Shown piece by piece: positions 1 through 6,476 of a DNA stretch of 11,342 bases. The translations under genes and the position numbers were made by a program. The stretch's first letter is position 1. Each line of letters starts with the position of its first letter. The notes beneath the pieces were generated by a model. It was not told the origin of the DNA. It saw only the letters and a list, made by a program, of their open reading frames with translations, and did not search any database. The stretch is from Prasinococcaceae sp. CCMP 1430 (Eukaryota > Plantae > Prasinodermophyta), in contig RQSC01000028.1 of assembly GCA_013416795.1 (NCBI GenBank), forward strand, positions 1,161,032 through 1,172,373, given 5' to 3'.

Positions 1-130
1 GCGCGCGGAAAGCCCCGCGGCGGCGGCGCGCGCGCCCGGAAGGGCGTCGGAGCGAGAGTGGCCCGCCCCGTGCGCCGGTGCCGCGTGCTGACATTGATGC
101 GCGCGCGGTCGGCATCTGCTCCCTCTCAAA

Positions 131-153
131 CGCACGCACGCACGCACGCACGC
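131..153. repeat. (CGCA)5 microsatellite
   Basis: cgcacgcacgcacgcacgcacgc read directly, upstream of the SDR gene. Similar CA/CGCA simple repeats recur in non-coding stretches at 2701-2750 and 10574-10626. Confidence 0.85.
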
Positions 154-275
154 GCAACTCCGCCCAACTCCACGCGCACCACCCCGTTCCGCGGGCACTC
201 TGTTCCGGGCGGTGCGCCTGCCTCGATGGATGGCCCCTCGACTGGCCTTCCCCTCGGTTCTGCCCGCGACTGCGG

Positions 276-1151
276 ATGGCGCAGCGCCGCGCCATGATGA
301 CGGCCGCGCTGCGCGATCAGGGCGAGCTCACCAACGCCGATCAGGTCGCCCGGTTCGCGGGCGCAGTCGAAAGCAAGTGCGCGCGCGTGCTCGACATCGA
401 CTCCGTGTACGAGTCTGAGTGGCTCAAGGGCGCACGTGTGCTCGTCACGGGCGCGAACCGCGGCATCGGCCTGTCGCTGTGCCAGGAGGCCGCGGCGCGC
501 GGGGCGCACGTGATTGGAGCATGCCGCAAGACGAGCCCGGATCTCGATGCGTGCGCCGCGCAGGTCATTGAGGGCGTCGAGGTGACCGACATTGACAGCT
601 GCACCGCCATGGCGCAGGCACTGAGCGGCCAGGAGCCCATCGACGTCCTGGTGAACAACGCGGGCTACTTTCCCGATTGCGCCGACGACCTGACGACTCC
701 TAACTGGGAGGAGAACCTCAAGCAGTACGACATCTGCGCGGTGGGTCCGCTGCGCGTCACGCACGCGCTGCTGAAGGCTGGCGCCATCAAGGCGCCCGGT
801 GGCAAGGTGATCATGATCACCTCGCAGGGCGGCAGCGTCACCTGGCGCCAGGTGCAGAACGGCAACACCGGCGGTGACTACGGCCACCACATGGGCAAGG
901 CTGCCGCCAACATGTGCGGCGCGCTCATGGCGGAGGAGCTGCGTCCGAAGGGCATTGCCGTTGCCAACCTGCACCCGGGCTTCAACAGGACGGCGATGAC
1001 CAAGAAATACGAGGCCATCTGGGACATCGAGGGCGCGGTCGAGCAGGAGGTGGGGGCGAAGCGCGTGTGGCACGAGGTCGGGCGCGTCGAGCTCGTCGAG
1101 CAGGGGTGCCCCTTCGTCAACTGCGAGGACGGACTGGAGATTCCGTACTAA
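276..1151 (+). CDS. Short-chain dehydrogenase/reductase (classical SDR fold, CsgA/C-factor-like), probably NADP(H)-binding, with atypical catalytic HxxxK
   Basis: TGANRGIG Rossmann motif, ACR (basic residue typical of NADP(H) preference), LVNNAG, ITSQGGS (catalytic Ser), YGHHMGKAAANM and NLHPGF; GC3-rich codons; TAA stop at 1149-1151. The start is uncertain: first ATG is 276, but gccATG at 294 is equally plausible. The GTG at 78 in the ORF track is not credible. Confidence 0.9.
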   Translation: MAQRRAMMTAALRDQGELTNADQVARFAGAVESKCARVLDIDSVYESEWLKGARVLVTGANRGIGLSLCQEAAARGAHVIGACRKTSPDLDACAAQVIEGVEVTDIDSCTAMAQALSGQEPIDVLVNNAGYFPDCADDLTTPNWEENLKQYDICAVGPLRVTHALLKAGAIKAPGGKVIMITSQGGSVTWRQVQNGNTGGDYGHHMGKAAANMCGALMAEELRPKGIAVANLHPGFNRTAMTKKYEAIWDIEGAVEQEVGAKRVWHEVGRVELVEQGCPFVNCEDGLEIPY

Positions 1152-1335
1152 GCGAGCGCGCAACCCCGGCCGGCCGCCAGCGCCCCAGCAACCGCTGCGT
1201 GCCCCCCACGCCGCGCCGCGCGCACGCTGCGCCGGCAGCTTTTCAGAGATGTCTTTACTGTACACACATTGCACACGACGCGGGCGCGGAGTGGGAGTGG
1301 GGAGTTGCTCCGCTGGGGGTGAGTCGAGCGCCGAG

Positions 1336-2640
1336 CTATATTTGGTAGTCATCGGCGCCCTCCTCGCCATCCTCGGCGGCGCCGCCCGAGCCGCCGAGGC
1401 CATCGTCGCCGCCGTCGGCGGGCGTGTCGAGCGACCACATCCGCGAGAGCATCAGCTTGGCGGCCGCTGTTTCGGCCGTGTCGCCCTCGCCGGAGGCCGC
1501 CCCGGCGCCGTCGGCGGCGTCGAGGGACTCTCCGTCGCGCACGGTCACGCGCGCGCTCGCGGCGCCGGCGCCGCGCCAGCTGCTCGGATCCTGGAAGTCG
1601 AAGTCCGCGGCGATGAAGTCCGGCGCGTCGAAGCCGCCGTCGTCGCCCTCGCCCAGGGCCACCGCCAGGCCGCCGGGCCCTAGGCCAGCGAGCAGGTCCG
1701 TGCCCTTGGGTACGCACAGCACCCGCGTGTCCATCTGCTCCTCGATGTCGGCGAGCGTCCGCGTGTCGAGCTCCAGCAGGCCCGCGCGCGTCATCTCGCT
1801 GTTGCCGTCGGGGGACACGAAGACGTGATTGCTGCCCGGCGCACCCGCACCCGGCGCGCCGCCGCCGTCGCCGAACGCGCCGCCGCCGCTGCCGACCTCG
1901 CCGCCGCCGCCAGACGCGGCGTTCATCGCCCCCGCGAAGGCCTCGCCGTCCTCCCTGCTCTCAAAGGCCAGCAACGCCGTCGCGGTGCGCGCGTTGCCCA
2001 GCTCGTCGCTCTCCTCGACCTGAAAGGCGAAGAGCGACTGCGTCTGCGCGCCGCTGTCGTCCCCGCCGCCCGCCCCCACGCCTCCTCCCCCCGCCAGGCC
2101 CCCTGCCGCGCCGATCCCGCTCATGAAGAGGTCGCCGAGGCCGCCCAGGCCGAAGCCGCCGCCGCCGAAGCCCATGCCACCCCCTTGCGCGCCGCCGCCG
2201 CCGCCCGCGGCCGCGGGCGTCGCCACGAGCACGTGCACCCTCTCGAGCGAGCGGTAGTCCATCACATCCACCTCGCTCAGGTCTAGGCGCACCTCTTCGA
2301 GCAGCTCGTCGTCGTCGTTCGGGCTGCTGTTCTCGACGTCCGCGAGCGATCCGTCGTCGACGATGAAGTACTCGCCTATGCCGTCGTCGTTTCCCTCGCC
2401 GTCGTTGTCGTCGCTCTCGAGAAAGTCGTCCGAATCCTCCGAGTCACTGTCGGAGTCGCTCTCGCCATAGCCGTCGAACGGCGGCACGCCGCCCTTCGGG
2501 TTGTACCCCGCCGCGCACACGCAGCGCTCGCCGAGCCGCGGCGGCCGCTGCTGCTGCCGATGCTGCCACCGCTGCCACTGCTGCCGCGGCGCTGCACGGT
2601 CCGAGCGCGCGGCGAGCGCAGCGACGCGCGCGACGCCCAT
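1336..2640 (-). CDS. Acidic, Gly-rich protein with probable plastid transit peptide and a DUF3110-like core
   Basis: 434-aa ORF from ATG 2640 to TAG 1336. The N-terminus is Arg/Ala-rich, nearly free of acidic residues and ends in VCAA, followed by a long D/E/S tract. Segments RVHVLV, LLAFESREDGEAFAGAM and LLELDTRTLADIEEQMDTRVLCVPKG resemble, from memory, cyanobacterial DUF3110 (V.VLL ... LMFESEDDA.R.A.LL ... VP.G). CDS confidence is high; family confidence is about 0.45. Confidence 0.8.
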   Translation of the reverse strand: MGVARVAALAARSDRAAPRQQWQRWQHRQQQRPPRLGERCVCAAGYNPKGGVPPFDGYGESDSDSDSEDSDDFLESDDNDGEGNDDGIGEYFIVDDGSLADVENSSPNDDDELLEEVRLDLSEVDVMDYRSLERVHVLVATPAAAGGGGGAQGGGMGFGGGGFGLGGLGDLFMSGIGAAGGLAGGGGVGAGGGDDSGAQTQSLFAFQVEESDELGNARTATALLAFESREDGEAFAGAMNAASGGGGEVGSGGGAFGDGGGAPGAGAPGSNHVFVSPDGNSEMTRAGLLELDTRTLADIEEQMDTRVLCVPKGTDLLAGLGPGGLAVALGEGDDGGFDAPDFIAADFDFQDPSSWRGAGAASARVTVRDGESLDAADGAGAASGEGDTAETAAAKLMLSRMWSLDTPADGGDDGLGGSGGAAEDGEEGADDYQI

Positions 2641-2750
2641 GCGCGCGCGGCGCGCGAGCTCTGCTGCGCGACCCCCGCCAGTGCCGCCACACCCCCGCCC
2701 TCACACACGACGCGCGTACGCGCACACACACGCGCGCGCACGCACACACA

Positions 2751-2770
2751 CAGCATCACGCAGCATCACG
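2751..2770. repeat. Exact 10-bp tandem duplication (CAGCATCACG)2
   Basis: Read directly, in the 5' region of the minus-strand gene. Confidence 0.8.
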
Positions 2771-3008
2771 CGCGCCCGCACCGCCCGCACCCGCCGCCCG
2801 AAACCTAAACCTCCCCTCCGGCGCCCCCCCCCATCAAAGCACGCCCCGCGCCACCCCAACCTCAGACCCTCTTTTCGGATCAAACCTCAAATCGCGCGCC
2901 GCCCGGCGCGTTTCGAATGCGGCGTGATGGCGAGGGTTTGGGGGCCCGCGGCGGCCGCGCTTGGCGAGAGGGCGGGGCCGGTCCGCTATGCTGTAAGCTA
3001 GATCAAAG

Positions 3009-3034
3009 CTCACGTGAGAAAAAGTGATGTCACT
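3009..3034. promoter_or_regulatory. Two adjacent dyad motifs: CTCACGTGAG (G-box/E-box core CACGTG) and AGTGA-TG-TCACT
   Basis: Perfect 10-bp palindrome at 3009-3018 and a 5-2-5 inverted repeat at 3023-3034, in an AT-rich patch of the divergent intergenic region. Function is inferred. Confidence 0.35.
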
Positions 3035-3189
3035 CGGAATTGTTTGGGAGAAAATGCGGGCGAAAAGGCGGCGGCGCGGATGCGAATTGATGTGAGATCC
3101 GGCCGCCGAAAAAACCGCGCGCGCGTGTTTTTTTTGTGCGAGCGCGGTCGTCGTCGGCGCGGGCGCGCGGGCGCCGCCGCGAGCGTAAT

Positions 3190-3428
3190 TTGGGGTAGGG
3201 TTTACGTACGGCAGCGCGGCGTGCGAACCCTGCCAAAAACGCCGAGGCTCGAGGCGGGACCCTGCCGGAGCGCTACCCGAGGCGGGGGGCGCACGCACGC
3301 GCGGCCTCTGTTGACTCTGTTGACCACCTCTCCCGCCCGCCGCCTCGGCCTCAGCCCGAGCGCCAGGCTGTCGCAGCCCGGCGTGACCGAGGGCCGAGCA
3401 TCTCTTTTGGCGCCCGGCCCTGCTCCGA
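3190..3428 (+). ncRNA. Candidate structured non-coding RNA, family unassigned
   Basis: Long-range stem 3192-3200/3418-3426 (9 bp including 2 G-U), a 14-of-15 bp stem 3277-3291/3334-3348, hairpin 3361-3383, and a possible pseudoknot at 3210-3244. T4 runs follow at 3440-3449. No match to a known RNA family was recognised. Confidence 0.25.
3196..3204 (+). promoter_or_regulatory. Telo-box-like motif TAGGGTTTA (reverse complement TAAACCCTA)
   Basis: Contains an exact match to the plant telo-box core AAACCCTA. Looser relatives occur at 2801-2812 (AAACCTAAACCT), 2933-2939 and 5263-5269 (AGGGTTT). Confidence 0.4.
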
Positions 3429-3514
3429 CCGAGGGTGCGTTTTCGTTTTCCGGTCATTCTTTTCATGCAGCGAGGACCGGTGAGACACGCGATGTTCTTA
3501 TGAGAGAGAGAGGG

Positions 3515-3869
3515 AAAAAAAAACAAAAAAAAGGCCGGCGGTGACCGGGGCGCGCGCGCGCGCGCGCGCGCGCATGCTGAGTCAGCGCGCAACGGTTGGC
3601 CGCGGATGGCCCGCGGCGCGCCACCGCTGAATTCGCGCGCCGCCGATCGGCGAAAAGATCGCGGCCGGAGCGCGCGCGCGAAAAAAAAAAAAGTTGTTGC
3701 GCGGGTCGGGAAAAAAACGCGGAGCGGCGGGCGCGCGCGCGGCGCGGCGACGTAGGCCGCCGCGGAAGCACGTACTGTGCAGTGCTGTAGTGGGTGGACG
3801 CGCGGTTTGCGCGCGGCGAAAACGCGTTACGGAGGAATCTCCCACCCCCAAAAAATAAAAATAAAAAAA
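3515..3869. promoter_or_regulatory. Poly(dA:dT)-tract-rich presumptive promoter / nucleosome-depleted region upstream of the phosphoglycerate mutase gene
   Basis: A9-C-A8 at 3515-3532, A12 at 3681-3692 and A6-T-A5-T-A7 at 3850-3869 in an otherwise GC-rich genome, 5' of ATG 3964. Confidence 0.5.
3550..3577. repeat. (GC)12 perfect alternating tract plus ATGC; Z-DNA-prone
   Basis: 28 nt of purine-pyrimidine alternation read directly. A second (GC)10 tract lies at 3886-3905. Confidence 0.8.
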
Positions 3870-3963
3870 GGGCGGACGGGGCCGAGCGCGCGCGCGCGCG
3901 CGCGCGGCGGCCGCCAGAGTGTACGCGTGCGCGCGGCGGCCGCGCGAGGCCGCCGCGCGCGCG

Positions 3964-4974
3964 ATGTGCAACTTCGTCGGGGAGAACAGCGTGGCGTGGC
4001 TGTCGGCGGAGGAGCAGGAGGAGGCGTCGAAACAGAAGCGGGAGGCGGCGGCGACCGCCGGCGACGGCGGCGGCCGGAACGGGGCGGAGAAGAAGACTGG
4101 GCGGGTGGTGCTCATGCGCCACGGCGAGTCGATGTTCAACGAGCTCAACCTGTTCACCGGCGACGCAGACATCCCTCTGAGCGAGAAGGGCGTGATCGAG
4201 GCGCTCGCCGGCGGCAGGGCTTTCGACACGGTTGACTTCGACATCATCGTGTGCTCGCGGCTCAACCGCTCGCGGCAGACGGCGATGCTGGCGCTCACCC
4301 AGTCGAAGACGGGCAGCGTCCCCATCCACGTGCGCGGCGGCATCGGCGGCGTCAGGAAAGAGGGCGACGACAACCGGCGACAGCTGCGCGAGACGGCGAT
4401 CGAAGCCATGGACAAGGCCAGCTGCCCGCTGCTGCCCCTCTACTCCGAGCCTGCGCTGAACGAGCGCTCGTACGGCTCGCTGCAGGGCATGAACAAAGCG
4501 GACGCCGTCAACCTGTACGGCGCCCATCAGGTGAACGTGTGGCGCCGCTCGAGCAGCGTCCGCCCGCCTGGCGGCGAGTCGATGGTGGACACCGCCGAGC
4601 GCGCCGTGGGCTTCTTCGTCCGCGAGATCGAGCCGCGGTTGGCCATGGGGCAGAACATCCTGATCTCAGCCCACGGCAACAGCCTCCGCACGATCATCGC
4701 GCACATCATGAAGCTCACCGAGGAGGAGGCCCTGCGTCTCAACGTCGTGACGGCGCAGCCGTACATGTTCACCTACGACTCGCAGAGCACCGACGACAAG
4801 CCCGCGGGCTTCTTGTTGGAGAGCGAGCTGTCGTCGTGCAGCTGGCCGCCCAAGACGAGCGACCAGCTGGTATGGGCTGCGGACCGCGAGTGGGCGCACG
4901 GCCCGACGAGCAGGTGGGTCGCGCCGGAGGCTGGCAAGAAGAGCGCCGACGTGGACGTGCTGAACGGCTTCTGA
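3964..4974 (+). CDS. gpmA: 2,3-bisphosphoglycerate-dependent phosphoglycerate mutase (histidine phosphatase superfamily, plant/Chlamydia-type)
   Basis: LMRHGES (phospho-His, RHG at 4117-4125), NLFTG..DIPLS, SRLNRSRQTA, ALNERSYGSLQGMNK, VWRRS...PPGGES, ILISAHGNSLR; ATG 3964, TGA 4972-4974; strong GC3 bias. Confidence 0.92.
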   Translation: MCNFVGENSVAWLSAEEQEEASKQKREAAATAGDGGGRNGAEKKTGRVVLMRHGESMFNELNLFTGDADIPLSEKGVIEALAGGRAFDTVDFDIIVCSRLNRSRQTAMLALTQSKTGSVPIHVRGGIGGVRKEGDDNRRQLRETAIEAMDKASCPLLPLYSEPALNERSYGSLQGMNKADAVNLYGAHQVNVWRRSSSVRPPGGESMVDTAERAVGFFVREIEPRLAMGQNILISAHGNSLRTIIAHIMKLTEEEALRLNVVTAQPYMFTYDSQSTDDKPAGFLLESELSSCSWPPKTSDQLVWAADREWAHGPTSRWVAPEAGKKSADVDVLNGF

Positions 4975-4996
4975 GCCCACGCGCGAAACTAATTCC

Positions 4997-5260
4997 GTTA
5001 ATATTGCGTGGAGATGTGACATGGTTTGGCACGGCCTTCGGACGGCCCCAGCGCCGACAAGTGTGCGGCGAAGCGCCTGCCAACCCCAGCGGCTTGAGAG
5101 GCGCCGGCGATCCCAGCGCCCTCAGAGGTCCCACCGAGCCGCGAAGGGCTGCCGAGAGCGCGACTCTGGCGGCGCGAGCCCGCCGTCTCCCCCATCAGTT
5201 CCCGGCTCGGGCGCCAGTCGCGTCCCACATGCGGTCAGTACCGAATGTCAGGTTAATATT
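4997..5260. repeat. 9-bp direct repeat GTTAATATT (4997-5005 and 5252-5260) flanking a 246-bp segment
   Basis: Both copies read directly. An inner 6-bp inverted repeat TGACAT (5017-5022)/ATGTCA (5245-5250) is also present. Confidence 0.6.
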
Positions 5261-5344
5261 AAAGGGTTTGTGACCCTGTGCGCACGTGCACGCACTCGTC
5301 ACACGGCGTGTCGCAGTAGCAGCCCCGATGCAAGGCGCGTCGCG

Positions 5345-6181
5345 TCAGCCGCAGACGAAGGCCGCGACGGCGTCGCCGAGCTCCTCCCGGTGCTTGCTGA
5401 AGCGGTGGTCGGCGCCCTCGATGAGCACGCGGCGCGCGCCGGCGGAGGGCGGGAGCGCGCGCTCGTAGAGCTCGGCGTCCGCGTACGGAATGACCTCGTC
5501 GGCGGTGCCGTGGACGACGAGCGCGCGGCGCGAGCGCACGCGAGCGCAGGCGGCGGTACTGTCGAGACCCTCTCGTTCGAGGATATCCGCGCGCGTGACG
5601 GTGTACGGCGTGCCAACGTTCGGCGTGACGATGCCCGAGCCATTCGTGACAGCGTCGTCGTACGCGTCGCCCAGCCGCTCGCGCAGGCCCTCCTTCATAT
5701 TGAAGCGGCCGCAGAGGATCACGAGGTCCGGCACGCCGCCCGGAAGCTCAAGGTCGTCCACGCCGGCGAAGAGGGTGACCACGGTGCCCGCTTTGCTGTG
5801 GCCGATCACGCTCTTGACCTCCATGTCGCACTCGGCGCTCGCCCACTCGGCAACTGCACGCAGGTCGTCCGCCTCGCGGGCGTAACCGGCAAAGACCCAC
5901 TCGCCGCCGCTCGCACCGTTGCCGCTGAAATCGAGCGACACCGTGCTCTCGCCTCGCGCGTGCAGCGCGCGGGCGGCCGCTCGGAGGGTCGACGACATGT
6001 GGCTGCTGTTGAACCCGTGGCAGAGCACGTGCACGCGCTCGCGGTCGCCCTCGCCCCCCCCGCCGCGCGCGCCCGGCGGACGCTCGCGCAGCACGGCGAC
6101 CTCGTGGCCGCGGGCAGTGCGCACGCGGTGCCTCGACGAGCTCACCGCGCCCGCGGACCGGACACCCGCGGAGGGCGCCAT
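5345..6181 (-). CDS. Alpha/beta-hydrolase fold protein (plant GHSK-type esterase/lipase-like family)
   Basis: VLCHGF, SLDFSGNGASGG, READDLRAV, IGHSKAG (nucleophile Ser at 5795-5797), LCGRFNMKEGLRERLG, VVHGTADEVIP (Asp), IEGADHRF (His). ATG at 6181 gives 278 aa; the frame stays open upstream to an ATG at 6478. Confidence 0.88.
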   Translation of the reverse strand: MAPSAGVRSAGAVSSSRHRVRTARGHEVAVLRERPPGARGGGGEGDRERVHVLCHGFNSSHMSSTLRAAARALHARGESTVSLDFSGNGASGGEWVFAGYAREADDLRAVAEWASAECDMEVKSVIGHSKAGTVVTLFAGVDDLELPGGVPDLVILCGRFNMKEGLRERLGDAYDDAVTNGSGIVTPNVGTPYTVTRADILEREGLDSTAACARVRSRRALVVHGTADEVIPYADAELYERALPPSAGARRVLIEGADHRFSKHREELGDAVAAFVCG

Positions 6182-6402
6182 CGCCGGCCAGCGCTGCGGC
6201 TCCTGGCGCGTGACCGCGCGCGCACCCGCGCAGCGCGGTGACTGGCGCGCGAAGATTTCGCTCGGAGACGGGAGGGAAATCACAGCTGCGCGAGGAGCAC
6301 GCTGTGTGGCGGCGCCACACGCCGCACGCCGCGCGGGCAGCAGAGGCGAGCGGCGAACGCGCGGCGTCGCGAGCGCGTTCCCTCGAGAGCGGGGGAGCGC
6401 GC

Positions 6403-6461
6403 GGGGGGGGGTGAGTGGGTGGCGGGGGGGAGGGAGGGAGGGAGGGATTGTGTGGGGGGGG
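6403..6461 (+). other. G-run-rich tract with canonical G-quadruplex pattern (G7-A-GGG-A-GGG-A-GGG-A-GGG at 6424-6446)
   Basis: Read directly, immediately 5' of the kish ATG. Quadruplex formation is inferred. Confidence 0.55.
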
Positions 6462-6476
6462 AGGAGGCTGCTAGCC

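Noticed and set aside
2996-3010. AGCTAGATCAAAG resembling part of U2 snRNA
   Set aside because: The branch-point-recognition GTGTAGTA, the 5' stem and the Sm site are absent.
2801-3204. Telomerase RNA template candidates AAACCTAAACCT (+) and TAAACCCTA (-)
   Set aside because: The first lies in simple-repeat DNA antisense to a 5' UTR. The second lies 3' of the candidate pseudoknot on its strand (wrong order) and is followed by (GC)n-rich promoter-like DNA.
3306-3324. (CTCTGTTGA)2 and other short tandem repeats as CRISPR-like or iteron arrays
   Set aside because: Only two adjacent copies with no spacers, in a eukaryotic nuclear context.
3450-3490. Hairpin CCGGTC/GACCGG followed by ACA, suggesting an H/ACA snoRNA
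   Set aside because: The hairpin is only 31 nt, with no H box (ANANNA) or pseudouridylation pocket on the same strand.
3500-3544. Tiny basic ORF MRERGKKKQKKGRR resembling ribosomal protein eL41
   Set aside because: It is only 14 aa, produced by (GA)n and poly-A tracts, and lacks the MRAKW...RRLKRKRR signature.
4972-5060. Selenocysteine readthrough of TGA stops (PGM, hydrolase, CINP-like) with a 3' SECIS
   Set aside because: The TGAs fall after complete domains, and no AUGA/AA/GA SECIS geometry was found downstream.
5101-5135. GCGCCGGC-GATCCCAGC similarity to an HDV-like ribozyme
   Set aside because: The P1 3' strand, P1.1 GG and the P2 partner are not present in the required order.
5222-5263. 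Plant snRNA-type promoter look-alike: GTCCCACAT (USE-like) with a TTAATATTAAA TATA-like box about 22 nt downstream
   Set aside because: The predicted transcript would run antisense into the hydrolase CDS, matches no snRNA, and has no nearby T4 terminator.
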